Shown piece by piece: positions 43,706 to 57,491 of a DNA stretch of 64,000 nt; position 1 is the stretch's first letter, and every line of letters starts with the position of its first letter. This DNA is from Tubiluchus corallicola (Eukaryota; Animalia; Priapulida): the NCBI GenBank assembly GCA_030141605.1, contig JAQGDQ010000313.1, positions 214,566 through 278,565 on the forward strand, read 5' to 3'. The translations under genes were made by a program, and so were the position numbers. The notes beneath the pieces were generated by a model. It did no database searches. It worked only from the letters and a program-made list of their open reading frames with translations, and had not been told where the DNA came from.

Positions 43706-46700
43706 CTACTCTGCCTCTGTTGATGCTGGCACTGTTGCTGAAATGTCTGGCACTCCAGCAGAAATTTTTTTTGCAGCAGACGCAGTACGATGATTACGAC
43801 TGTTCATGTGGAGATGAAATTCGATATCAGATGAACATGTGTGATTACAAGCGCTGCAATAGTACTGCCCACTTGGAGTCTTATACATACTGTAATCTTT
43901 TGAAGGTTCATTAGCTGGTTGCTGAGTTGTGACAGCATCTGCAGAGCTTGAGATTTCAGCATTACCTGTCGCTTCTGGAAATTTTTAACACAAAAATCAC
44001 AATTAATTTGGCGTTGTGTATTATCAACACTGGTTAAATTAACACTCGAAAAGCCATGTTAACTAGGCTACAAGACATGACATGACTTGACATAACATAC
44101 TAACATTATCAACAACGGTGTAGTCAGCTTGACTTTGATGATCAGCGAGGTACTTTATTAATAAAACAAATGTTTTAAAGTATGAAAATGACTTAAATAC
44201 ACAACACTTTTGAAAAATCAGAATAAAAAAGCATTTTCTGCATTTGCTGGTGCATTTGAATCTTTGACAAAGCAAGGTGCAATCTTTTGAGCAGGAAATG
44301 ATAACACAAATTTGGTATAAGAAAAACTAAAGGGAATCGGGTATTGAAGTGCCGTACTATGATGCAGTTGAACAATAATATGTATAATACAGTTAAATAT
44401 GTCTACTACTCTTACAAGACTGGTACTGCTAAATTTGGAACTGAAGTTTGCAATATTACAGACACTAAGTACTCATGTGTGGTGGAAAACAATTTTGATT
44501 CCTACTCTCCTGTTTATCGAAATTGACAATTCTGATTGTTATAGTAGAATTTCTGCATGACGTACCTGTTTGTCATATTTATATTCCTGTACCTAACTAA
44601 AAATACCACATTTGCATAATATACAGTAGGCGCCGCTTAACAGACTCAGTTGCTCAATTGGCTCAAAAATGCCTGGTACTGGCCGCTTCTATTCAAATGT
44701 GCATAAAAACTGTCAGTAATTGACTCAAATAACTCTGCATAATTGACTCAATATTTTTCCTCCACATACTTGAAATAAGACAATTGTATGTGCCCAAAAA
44801 GCCTTTGCTACTTTTATGTCATCTCTGATTTGCTTTCGTGCACTATAATATAATTATGTAGAAACAATCATGTTAACTACCGTTTTGTTCGTAAGCAGGT
44901 ATGTTTATCATGCGCTAATATGCTAATGTAGCTCTGAAATTGTTATGCACTCGTCTGCTGCAATTAACCTCGTTACCCAACATTTAATCACTTGTGTAGT
45001 GGTTTCCCTTTAAGCTCTCGTTGCAAATGACGCTTTCACGCTTAATCAATTAACAATCAAAGATGCAGATGCAGTAATCAGCTAGTATTCTTTACAACTT
45101 ACAAGAGTAAACATCATACAGTAAATAAGAGCATAGAGTTAAGAAGTTTGAAAAACTGCAACTCAAGCACACCAAGTGTTAAATGCTTTACGAGGATATG
45201 TGCAGCACACAGCAACAGATTTTCAACATTTTTATAATTATAAGAACTCTGTGAGCCAATTTTGCGATAAAACGAAGCAGCCGACATTGAAGGAATTTTC
45301 GTAATTTTTGCAAATAAACAGACTTGTGTGATTTATAAAAGTACACTTTTTAATTTATTGCTAATTCACTTACATAAATCAATACTTTAAAATATTTTTT
45401 TAAATTTCTAACTGCACAAAGGAATTCAGGCATTACTTCGTTTCTAAAATTCATTAAAAACTTTTGCAGTGCACACTAAGCTGATGACTCATATTTCTAT
45501 ACCAGTAATACTACATCCAACGGTTAATAGGTTCAGTCGGTTAAAGGGGTCAAAACATCTATTTTGAATCTATTAAGCGGTGCTTACTATATTAACCTAC
45601 CGGCTGCTGCTGTTTATAATGTACATCCACTTACAGTGGAAACTTCAGCATAATAATAAGCTTTTGCAAACAAGGCTTCATTGGAATATCAGGCTGGCGA
45701 AGTGCAAAGAAAATGAGTTGACTTTGTACTTTCAAACAAGTCCAACAGTTTCATAATTAGTCCAACACTCTCACATTAGAATCTCTGTGTAAATGCAGTC
45801 TTCTGTATTTTCTAGTTGTCAGATTAGACATCAGTACACATTGCAGTAAGCAGCCAAAGTGCCTCAACAAATGCAAATTACCCATTGAAGACTGAGTGAA
45901 GCATATGGTTTGGAAAAAAAAGCAATTCCATCCTTATTTACAAGGATGACATTCAAAGGAAACAGAGTCAAAGGTGATCAGAAATGCTCATGTAGTGCAG
46001 CACATCCTCAACTACGCAAACGAAAATTACAACATGTTGAAGATTCTAAACTTTTTTTGACAATTTTTTGCATGGTTAGCCAATTATAAAAAAGTAAAAC
46101 CTATTATATTTAAATGTTACTGTATTCTGAGCACTGCTAGTTTATAAAATCTGGTTACAGTGCACTACTTTTATAACATACTAATTTTGCGTATCCCAAG
46201 ATACAAGTTGTAATGAGGAATGGCCATACGCACGTTTTCGACTGACTTTCTCCATTTTGGCTCTGTGCTTCTGTCCATTCAAGTGCATGTTCAAATTTTC
46301 CTGACTAGTAACAGTGACGTTGCACAAAGAACAAGAGAATGCAGGCAAACATGAAACCATTGATTCCCTACACAAAAAAATTAATGAATGTGCTAAGTAG
46401 CAAATTTCAACAATACAATTAGTGTAAAATAGGAACTTAGTGAACCAGCTAAATGAAAGCAGCTTTTGTCACTAGAGCTTTCTCAACGACCACCGTTGAG
46501 CAAACTACAACAAAAAAGTAGCTAACTACTGCTACAACTACTTTGAAAATGAGCTATATTAAAAATAGCTAAAATATTTGCAAGTGTTTTAAAGAGCACT
46601 AAGACTTTATAACCTGCTGTCTCTTATGAAAGTACATTACAAACATAAATTTTCTAAATGTATTAATGAGAAAAAGAGAAAGTTTGATATTTTAAAGTCA

Positions 46701-49700
46701 TAGCAATGAGATGTCACACTTTAAAATTTTTTTGCCAAATTTGCCAAAGCTTCTTACATCCGCACTATCTTCCAGAAATTTATACAACTTGTTGCTTTTT
46801 GATAAAACCGAGATAGTCATAACTAAACTAACAGATGAAGCACCACTGTAGTATATAATAATAATAAAAATAGTATAGAACATTGCTTTTATAGAACACT
46901 GATTAAAACAGTGTTTGTTTGCTGTTAACTGATCTGCGATCTACACCCCTAAAAATTGCAATACAGCAGGCAGTTCAATATTTGTGACAACCTTGGTTAT
47001 TTCAAGTTGACATTTATAATACTGGGTGGCTGGCTTTGAGCAAATTAATGTATGGATGTTGTGGCAACAATAATAATTCCTCAACTGTTTGAGGAATAAT
47101 ATTATCATTACTAGCAGAATAGATTCATTGCATGATGTAAATAAAAGTGCACACATGGTGATACAAACTATTTATCATTTTTCAGTGAAAACTAGATCAC
47201 TAAACTAATGTTACAGAAAAATGTAGATAAGATAACTACATTTTGCCCAACTACAGTTTACGCTATTATGCAACAATGTAAATCATTTATAATAAATGTT
47301 GATGAACTTAACATATCATCACATAATACAAACTCTACTTCATAACTTATGTATTTGCTAGGATACAATGCGATACGATTATTGCATATTTAAAATGAAT
47401 GTCCACAAGTAGTATAAAATCATTTGAAACATATCAGAGTGTCGGGACTACCTTCAACAGGCAATAAGGTGACCAAATTTTCAACATTTTTTGTCAAGAA
47501 TTATTTTCTGAACCACACACTTCTCAACTGCAATAAGCTTCATCATTCATTCATGACATTCCTCCAGTCTCAGGAGAGGTGACGACCCTTGGGCAGGTTG
47601 AAAAGTACTGATAAATGTACATCTTAGTGAATACATCTGTATGCATCACACTTCAATCCTACCACCAAGCTTTAACCTTGTAGCTGTTGTAAAAATTGGA
47701 TACGCAATGCATGTATGGCAATTAACATCGATTACTGAGTTGTTATAGCCAGCTAATAAATATATATGAAATTGCCATCAATGTTTGCATTTTTGGAATT
47801 CAGTTTCCAGACTTTAATAACATGATCATAGCTGCTATCTGCTAGCAGCTTTAACTAAGGTCAAAACCTGATACTGTAATGGCCATCAGGAATCCCATAC
47901 AAAATTGGAATATTATGGCTATTACTTTAAAGTTAATTATGATGTTGTAATAATAGGAAAAATCTTATTTAAAGTCATCAATAAAGGCATGCACATCACT
48001 GACAACAACAAAATATATTTGTGAAAATTTCACTTTACGTACGAACTGGCATTTTTGCCTTCAGCTCGCTTAGCTACTTTATCCGCATGTTTGCTTCCAT
48101 TGAGATGAGCTTGGATGCTATTGATGCCAGTGCAAATGCAACCACAAAGCTTACACCTAAAGTCTGGTTGCCTGTAAAAATACCATAAATGTTAGACTAT
48201 TAACTATTTCTACAAAAATAATATATTACTTAGAATGCAGGCAAGCATTGTTTGTTCTTTAGCAGCCACATCTTAATTTGTTCAACACATTAATGGAAGT
48301 TGGGCAAAAAAACTAGTATTATAGTAATCTGATAAGTGACACTGTTAATGCTCATGTAATCTGTATAGCATCTATTTAATAAAAAATTATTTGCAGGTTG
48401 TGAACACCAACAGGTTTGAACCCACACCAAAAAAATCTATGTAAGGTTTGTGCTTTTTGTAACTATAGGCACAACCCAACATTAAATAAGATATTAGAGG
48501 CGCTCGCTCCAGAGAGAGAAAGCCTATCACATACATTCATTGATGCAGTATCACTTTTCACTTTTTAACTGAAATGTTAGGAATCAACACAAAGAAACAA
48601 TCAAACACAAAAAAGAATTGGTTATCATTTAAAAATGATGCAATAATTCTATATTCCAGTTTCAAAATGGCCTTAAAACAGCACTTCACAACAATAAATT
48701 AAACTAAATTATTTAAATGAGAGAACGATTTTAATTCTGGTACGTGTTTGCTATGTCACGTGCAGTGGAAAATCTAGAATTCAAACACAAGAAAACATTT
48801 AGATGAGCACAATTATGGAATGCTTAATATTTAATTAACTAAGTATATTGTTGTCAAGTGATATCTATGCCAACCGCATCAGTTGCGATTAACGGCTATT
48901 AGTCAAACTACATTCATAAATAACCTATTTGTTGTTTCTATAATGGTAACATCAGGATTTTCCTTCACACTGCTAGGAATTGTGCTTGCTTCAGCAGTCT
49001 CACTAGTTGCAGATGATAACTTTGATGCTGCAAGTGCTGCTACATGTAATTTGCCCTGCAAAAAAGGAATATAAGTATAACATTTAAGTAACTAAACAGA
49101 AGAATGTACATCTTTGTCCCCGCAAGCACAAGAATGCACAATTCTCTGTTCAACAGTTTAAAAAAAACTGTAAAAAGTTGCTTAATTGTTATGCAATACC
49201 TACACAATGTTGGGAAACAACCTAACTGCTACAGGTTTATATAGGTAGTGCGTTTGCGTACGTGCTAAATGGGTATTGAGGCAGCAATGGCGACAGTTTT
49301 TTGTGTTTGACTTTTTGTTGTGCGCGTTGACTTTCTTGTAAATTAATAAATGTTGTTAGAACTTACTCTCCATTTTTACTACATCTGCTATACCTGATAA
49401 ATATTTTTAACAAAAATCTTTTTAGCAATTAACGAAAGCAGTACTGTACGCAAAGTTTTTAATAGCAAGTACTAGTCGGAGAACCACAAACTTCATGATT
49501 GGATAACAGGGCATGCTTCTAATATTGCGGTGACAATTTTATATTGCAATTACCTGATAATGCTGGGCAGCTTGGAATTCTGAGTTCAGGGACACATTGC
49601 ATATCTCACAATAAGTAACAGATGATGAATCAGCCTAAAACAACATACAAAGGCAACATAAGATGGAATGAATGGCAGAAATATCATAGCAATTGCAATG

Positions 49701-52700
49701 TCTGCAAGTTAAAATACTTTAATAATAGCATAATCTTATCACATTGCTGTGTAATTTCAAACAAATGCACAATTAGCAATTATCTGGCAAAAGATATACG
49801 TTAATAAGCCTTGCACAGAGATAAGGATTGGTAGATTGGTACTATTGGTAATATGTAATTTACGTTTAAATAATTGCTACTAAAAACCAGGAGTTAAAAA
49901 TTCTTGTGCAAAAAAGAGTGGAATTTTTTGTGTTAAAATTCTTAAAATATATTATCATTGCCAAACATGTGAAACTGAATTTGCACTTGCATGCAAGTAA
50001 CTTTTTTAAACAAAAATGTAGGACCTCGTTTAAAGTTACATGTAACTTTAACAACCAATACTTTTAATACTATTAGCACCTGTACGATAAGTGAGTGGCT
50101 TAAAGCTTTATCACTCAAGCTGATAATGATATGAGAAATGTAGGATTTTTAATCTGTGTTTGCTACCAGAGTAGTACCCATCTCCCATCTCATCCAGATT
50201 AGGCTATAAAAAGTAATTATGAAACTTGATATGTTGACAGTAATGTGTGGGCACCTGTGGCCTGCAAAAATCAGTAATCGTGTAAACTCGCTACTGCTTG
50301 TTTACCACTTACCAGCAGGAATAATACATCTATAGGCCCATGCAGTTTGCAGACTCAAAGTTAGAGCCAGTGATGTACTTTTGTAAAAGCCAAAGCACAA
50401 AATGTTTTTGCATGGTGTACCATGTATATCATAGAGCTGTTTAGACTGTAATGTAGAGCTGTTGAGGACTCCTTTACACATTCTTGTCATTATTTTGCAT
50501 CATATAGTCAATTTGATGCATGTTTGTGGCAATATTATATTTGTCAGAAAATCCATTGAATAAATGGACAGTTTCCTAATTTTTAGGGTTTTCTACTCCT
50601 TTATATTTAAATTAGTATAATGGACAAAAACTGACAAAGAAATGTTTTGAGACGATTACGTTAAGATAACTGGTGGCAAGGAGACAAAGTCCCAACAACC
50701 AGCTGCTGTGAAGTAAGCAAAGAAGGCGCATTTAGATTGGCTCATTGATGCCTTGGTTTTTTTAAGATCGTGCTACAGGTAGTGGGTAAAAACTCAAGTC
50801 ATTAACTCTAACTTGAGTGTACTCGAGCAGGTTTTTCTTCTCTTATTTTCTCTTACTAAGAGAGTCTGCAGAAGATGTCTTGTACATATAATATCAAACA
50901 TTGCAGGATTAAATTTAGTGTAGATGGAATAAAGGTTTTGAAATAATGTTTCTGTATAATTGACTACCTACTGTGCTGTTATATACTTCATAATATGAAC
51001 AATAGCATTATTTTCCAGCTACATTTTCCTGCATTAGCTCAGCAGACTGATGCTCCAACATGGACTGCGACTCCTGAGCACTGAAACGTGGACTTCAAGG
51101 TCCATGGATTTATTTACCATCTGTCTAAAGGTCATCAAAGAACTCGCAAAATTTAATAATTTTAGCTGTCACATTGTCGCCTGTATTTGTACCATTTGTA
51201 TGTAATCCAGCACCAATAAAACTGACGTACTAAGTGATCAATTTAATCTAAATGTTACAGGTTTTCAACTCGTAGAAAGTACCCTAACAGGCCTCATGCA
51301 TACTTGCCAGCCATAATGCTGTCGTATTATAGGCATGGTTCTGGGTTATTTTATGCCAATTTCTACATGCTCAGCTGCTTATCAGTCTCAATTTTAGTGG
51401 GGTCTCAATAAGTAAGTCTCGCTCCAGACTGCGATCTCATAATTTTATTAGGGCTGAGAATTCTAAACAATTTCAATGTATAATCAAAATATATACAAAT
51501 CAAGACATGTCCAAACAATCTAGAATAGACAAAAAACAAAACCAAAGTGCTTTAAGACTTTTTTCTACAGTGCGTTAATGCTTCAGTACCTTCTACAAGC
51601 GACAAGCCCTATTAAGCAGTTAGACCTAACATGAAAAAACACCAAGGCATACCTGTTCACTCAGTTTTGGCCGTTTCAAAGCTGCAAGTGAATCCCATGA
51701 CAAACTAGGCCGCTTGCCACCACTTTGTGCCACCTTGGTTTCAGCATAAGCACGAACTTTTTTTGCATGATTCTTTCCATTGTAATGTGCAGCTGCCTGA
51801 GCTGGAGCATTTGATTTCACCAAACACAGTTTGCAATAAAGTGGCTGACACAGTTCAGAAGGTGTAACGTGATTACCACGTACTTCTTCTGGTACACTTT
51901 CATCGAATATGTTTGCTGGGGCAGGAGCTGTCTCGGCAGGTCGTTTTTGAGAAACCCTCTGTTTATTCTGGTATTGAGGCTTGTGCTGAAAAATACCACG
52001 TGGGCTGCCTATTGGCATTTCATTTGCTCCACTTAAGGTTTCAACTCCAGATTGCCATGGACTTTGTTGACCTCTTCCTCTTAAACCCCTTCCCCTGCTT
52101 CTATTGGCACTACTATCACCCCTACCCCTTCCTCTGCCTCTGCTGTCATCACCTCTGCCCCACCATGTTCCTCTGTCATAGCCTCTTCCCCAGCCATCAC
52201 TCTCAGTATCTGCATTTCCCCTTCCTCTTCCTCTGAACTGTCCACTAGCATTGCCTCTCCATCCTCTGCAACCTCTACCAGCTCTACTGTCATCTCTTGA
52301 CGAAGGTCTTCCTTGGCTGTCATGTGAATAATCACCATAGCCACCATCCTCCATTTCTTCTCCATAAATGTAAGAATAATCTTGATTTGCACCATGAAAT
52401 CTTTCCTTGCTCAAAGAGAATGGTGGCTGGTCTGCAGCTACAGCAATACACACTTTTTTCTTGTTCGAAGAAAAAGACGTTGGCAAGAGATGGCCTAAGT
52501 CTCCTCCAACATCTCCATAATTCGTGGAGTATGATAAGCGCTGGTAGCCAGTACCTTTCCCCGAATGGCTCACATTTTGTGATTGCGCGGTACTATAGTT
52601 GCCATACTCAGGATATGAATATTGAAAACCAGTGACACTCTTTACTGAGTCCTGCTGATAATTGACTCCCGCACTGCTGTAATGTGAATACGAGTGTTGA

Positions 52701-52903
52701 TACATATCACCCGATAATTCAGTCTTACCTACACCTTGCGAGTAAGTTTCAGGCAAATGAAAATATGAATAGCTATTCTGATTGGAAAATGAACCTGAAT
52801 ACAATGAGGCACTTCCAGACTGGTGAGATTTAGAAACAGACGGTGGTTCCTGTGGAGGAGGAGGTGGTGCTAGATTACCTTCAAGATAACTCAGATAGTT
52901 CAT
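43706..52903 (-). CDS. ZMAT3: ZMAT3/Wig-1-like zinc finger matrin-type RNA-binding protein, 5 coding exons, about 637 aa, four U1/matrin C2H2 fingers
   Basis: Exons (minus): 51653-52903, 48925-49055, 48043-48171, 46234-46367, 43706-43974; phases 0,2,2,1 are compatible, 1914 nt with TAG stop. Fingers: ELCQPLYCKLCLVKSNAPAQAAAHYNGKNH, FRCKLCGCICTGINSIQAHLNGSKH, FSCSLCNVTVTSQENLNMHLNGQKH, KTPSGQYYCSACNHTCSSDIEFHLHMNSRNH. First and last match the recalled ZMAT3 signatures ELCKPLYCKLC...HYQGKNH and TPSGQFYC. Confidence 0.85.
44624..45589 (+). mobile_element. Non-autonomous Tc1/mariner-pogo (Tigger-like) element in last ZMAT3 intron
   Basis: TA|CAGTAGGCGCCGCTTAA ... TTAAGCGGTGCTTACTA|TA: imperfect TIRs with TA duplication. 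Subterminal aattgactca repeats; remnant KTKQPTLKEFS* near 45270-45303 resembles a pogo transposase C-terminus. Confidence 0.75.
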
Positions 52904-53250
52904 CTAATAAAGAAGAAGGAAAATTTTTAAAATGCAACATAGCTTAAAAGTGTGTTTCAAAAAATTTAGCACAGTTTCACATAAAATGTTAATTCATTAT
53001 CAAATTTCAAGGTTTTCATAATTTCTGTGTTAACATTTATAAGAAATTTCCACACATGGTTGTGAACTATTTTGGGTAATATTGCAAACGCAATGTAACA
53101 TATACATAACATTAACCAAAGCAACTAGCTGAAGTACAAATTCATTCTAGAAATGTTATCATATACATTAAAAATGTACAAAAATGGGTTCAAAAATGTA
53201 TACAACTGGACCATCAACAGCAAAATTTGCTTTTAACAACATTACAAACC

Positions 53251-53390
53251 CACTCACCATGCCTTTTGGAAGATTAGATCACATCTTTAGCATTTTCAAG
53301 TCAGTCTGAACGTGCAACACACTCACCATGCCTTTTTAGAAGATCAGTTCATATTCTTAGTGTCTTCAAGTCAGTCTGAATGTGCAAACA
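53251..53390 (-). repeat. Tandem duplication (2 x ~69 bp); each unit resembles acceptor + 48/49-nt exon + donor
   Basis: Minus strand ttgcac(a/g)ttcag|ACTGACTTGAA...AAAAGGCATG|gtgagtg occurs twice; candidate exons 53327-53375 and 53258-53305. Confidence 0.8.
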
Positions 53391-56300
53391 TGCAAACAGC
53401 TAAAGCCCATGTTCCAGTACTCAGAGTCCATTTCTGAGCAGAAAGACTTGACCGAAATAAATTACAAACAAGCACTTTAAAAGCATTCAGTTGCAGCACT
53501 ACATACTGTCGATATAGTAAAACTACACAGTTCTACAAAACACTGCCAATTAACATGGTTTTCTATTTTAATTTTAATTTTTATTTTTTGCAATGATGCC
53601 AGTTGAAGGAATTGGCATAGAAACAAGCTTTGTGAGCTGAGCCTGTCACCATATGTTTAGTAAAAGAGAAACGAAAATGAAGAAAAATTACTACTTAAAA
53701 AAGAATAGATAAAACAGGAAGTTTTTCTTGGATATTTCATGAACTTCGACCAGAATCACCAAAGGTTTTTAATGACACAAGCGATATACCAGTTTGACAC
53801 CCAAGTGGACACTGACATGAGATAATCCATTTACACCTACTAAAAGTCATACCACATTCACGAACTCCTAACTTAGAAAAAGCATCATTGAGTTGCCTCT
53901 GGAGGTCGTCTTGTAGTGGCAATGTCATGTATTGCTTACTGATGTCATTTAAGATGTTTTCAGAAAAGGAAGCAAGATGAATAAAGGGTGGGTTGGTAAA
54001 ACATTGCTGTCTATGCAACCTCAATTGACCTACAATTTTCAAATGCACGTGCACTAACAAGGGCTGAACCTATACAAAAATGTGTCAGAGGTTTGGTTTC
54101 ATAAATGCAAAGAACCAGGTAGTCATTTTAATATGTAATTATGTAGTAATCTGCAATTAATTCTAGTATACTATGTCTGCATAGTGTGATTGCTAGCATG
54201 CTGAAAAAAGTGGGGCTTTTTCATATTACATTCATTAATTTAAATGACGGAGTGCTGTAGATGCCTTAAAGCTATTAACATAATACCACATAGTTTTCAG
54301 CTTTCTAAAGTCAAATGAAACTACATGACAGACATAATGTAAAGAAATCATGATACATGAAACACTTCTTCAAGGAGAAGAAAAGTAGAAGTGAAAGATG
54401 GCAGAGACAAAAGCTGAAGTAAAGGTGTAAGTTTTTCACACCCTTCTTTGAAAACACAAAAAGTATATCTATGAATATAATGGCGTTACCTTCACACATC
54501 ACAAGTTCATTTAAATCTGGAAGAGGGATTAGACATAAATGCACCACAAGTTCAAGAAGTAGCTAGATAAATCCAACTACGATGAAGTAAAAGTGTAGGT
54601 TCACAGAAAAAACGTGGGCATTGATTAGATGGGAAGTCAACTTTAACACATGGGTAAAAGCACAGTGAACACCTCTATTGGGTTTTTAACAGTGAAAGTA
54701 AATTTACAACCTCTGTGTTTTATTTTATTTAGAAAAGAATTCCAATTGATTAATTTAACATAATGTACTAATCATTCTGCATAATTTCCAAAAGTTTCAG
54801 CTGTTTGCCATTATAAATAAAAATTTAGCAGCACTTTGAATACAGTATCACTTGCCTGTTTTTGCACGTTACCTGTGGCTTTCTTTCGTTTGTGCATATT
54901 TTATTTGATTGCACATGTCTGTCCATTACACCAGCACAAATGTGCAAACATAACCTTTCTAAACATAAATATAGAATCCCTCATATATTTTATGAGAAAT
55001 ATGAAGCATACATGTAAACTGTTATTAGTTAGAAAAGTAGTATTGATGTCCGAAGGTTGTTTTTTTTGTTAAATTTTATATGTCAAAAAATGGCTTGAAG
55101 AGCTAAATTTATTAATAAAACATATTGGCTCATCTATACTTGCAATTCCATTTACCAGAAACTAAGTTTCTTTAGTAAAACTATATTAGCTTAATTTAGA
55201 AAATAGAAATAAAGGTTTGATAACACCAATAATTTGGTTTATTTTTACCTAAAAATATCAAAAAATGTTACAAATTATGCATTACGACAAAAATTCAACG
55301 TTCATGTTAGTGTTACTGAATTCCATGTCACTGAAGCACTTCTGCAGCTAGCAACCTACTAATGTCTGAAAAGTAAACTATGTTAAATATCTGTTAATAT
55401 TTAAGCTGTTAGAAAAGCATTTTAACACGAAAGACCGAGTGTATTCCTTATGTCACTGAGAAAGACACGATTTTCTTAAAATTGCCATAATTTTGTAACC
55501 TTTCACCTAGTTTATCAAACAAATGTAATTTTATGAAATACAGAGCAAGAATTTCCAATTGCTATATTACACAAACATCTATGTGAAATTTTTTTTGCCC
55601 TCACGGGGCTAAATTTTAATTTGGAGGCATTCACTATGCTTTTACCCAGAACTATAAACATTACAAAAATTTGAGAAACTTACAATTTTAACCAACTACA
55701 CTCTATACACAGTACAAGTAAAGGCAAGACTAGCAGTAAATTACTGAATGTGCGTTAGTACTATCCAATTTATTACAGAACGCATGGCATGCAAACTGAC
55801 TACGATGGCACTATAGAAAAGATGCTGCAGGAATCTAGCCATTTATACTAGCAGGCTAACATTATTTGTTAGATCTGATCAAACATTCAGTTCAATTTTG
55901 TTTAACGCTCAGATACATTACAAGTACACTGACAAGCCAAGAAAAAAGTACTCTAAGCTAAGATTACAGTATCTACTAAAATGATATATGTATATTAAAT
56001 AATTGCTTATAAATAAAGATGAAAGAAATAATAAAAACTGGTAAACATGCTTAAATGAAGGAATGCATATATAAAAATGAATATTGAACATCACATAATT
56101 TTTTAGGCATAAAAACATTGATAAATAAGAATGTCAATATTTACAAATAGAAGAAAAAGAAGCATTCAGTACAGGACCTACGTCTTACTCTTACGAAATA
56201 AGAATAAAAATACAGTTTGTGTTCACCACATGACAGTACAAGTAGTACAGTTTATCAAGAGCAATAGAAAGTATTTACGAAATTAGTTAGAAGCATAATG

Positions 56301-56695
56301 GAAAAATATATACCTAAATATGCAATAAGTGACATTTACGTACATCTGGATGCAGAAGCGTTTTGGGTGGTGCAGAATAGAGAAAATTGGTTTATATTGT
56401 TTTCAATGTGCCTGTTTATACAACCTGTGTATGCACTATCTATTCTTTTTCTGCAGCCACTTTCTGCAGATTTTATTCTGCGGGCTGTCCGCATGCTACA
56501 TAAACGCCACTTTATCCATGAGTATTAAAGTACAAGTATTATGGTTATCTTGGAGGTTGGAGCCAAAAATCTAGGATCTATAGGGCAATATGAAAAACGT
56601 ACGATTACGACTTTTGAGGAAATTTTAAAGTACTGCTATAAATAACTGTATATATCAGATTAGACGCTTCACATACACATACAATATAATTAAAG

Positions 56696-57150
56696 CGGGC
56701 TGTGGAGCCGGTAGTAAAATTTATTGCTGAAGGAGTCAAAATTGCTAAATATTAGTATTACTTGGGTTCTGGAGTCAGAGTCGGGACTCGAGACCACACT
56801 TTTTGTTAGGAGTCGGTAAAATAGACAAACTCTGACTCCAATTACTTTTAAATCAATTACACCTAATACCATACTTATAGTTATACCTAATGAAACGCCA
56901 TAGTGGCGTAGCTAAGACCATTACAACCATTAAGAACTCAAATTCGGAGAACTTGAACATAAGAAGTAGCCTGATGACTCACTTGGTAGTGATGAAATGT
57001 CATTGTAGCTAAAAACTGAGAGTACTACAAACTATTATTTAAAGCCAGAAGTCGGAGTTAGGGCTCTTAAAATTTTAGGAGTTGGAGTCGAATCTTCTAA
57101 AATTCTAGGAATCAGAGTCGGGAGTGTAATGTACCAACTCTACAGCCCTG
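56696..57150. mobile_element. hAT-type MITE with GGAGTC subterminal repeats
   Basis: Left C-GGGCTGTGGAGCCGGTA, right TACCAACTCTACAGCCCTG (consensus CAGGGCTGTGGAGTCGGTA); many ggagtc/gagtcg repeats; flanks aattaaag and gattaacg match at 6 of 8. Confidence 0.85.
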
Positions 57151-57309
57151 GATTAACGTAAGGGAGAAATGTGACTAAGAACCCGTAAGTTATCTAGCCG
57201 GCCACCTTATATAGCTAATATTATATAGTATTAATTAATGCAGTGTTATCAGTTTTCATATTAGGCTAACCGGCTAATTCTTTACAATGCTGCGTTCAAC
57301 AGTTATTAC

Positions 57310-57472
57310 CTAGCTGCACATAAGCTTATTATTCCATTTTATGCTCTTTTTCCAGGGAAACTATAGTAAGGATAGTAACAAGTGCAACTGGTTCGCTCCT
57401 AAATCTTTAGTATCCTTTCAGTTTCAGCAATAATTTTGACTTTCTTAACTTCGTTTCGATCCAATCAACTGA
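57310..57472 (-). promoter_or_regulatory. Putative transcription start and non-coding first exon of the ZMAT3-like gene
   Basis: Initiator-like TCAGTT at 57472-57467 and donor AG|gtaata at 57309. The ZMAT3 start ATG directly follows an acceptor at 52904, so an upstream exon is required. Confidence 0.4.
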
Positions 57473-57491
57473 TAAGTGACAACTGTTGTTC

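Noticed and set aside
51503-51522. p53 response element in ZMAT3 intron (AGACATGTCC AAACAATCTA)
   Set aside because: Only one good half-site; the second lacks the core G, and isolated half-sites are expected by chance in 64 kb.
51817-52635. Overlapping ORFs within the large ZMAT3 exon
   Set aside because: Shadow frames of a real coding exon; the same applies to ORFs overlapping the GPCR and the LINE.
53640-54660. Possible decayed coding sequence, including ORF 53737-54060
   Set aside because: Many stops and no recognisable domain in the frames I read; needs BLASTX.
57410-57418. U12-type donor GTATCCTTT (also at 23033)
   Set aside because: On the strand opposite the local genes, with no matching exon or branch point; compatible with chance.
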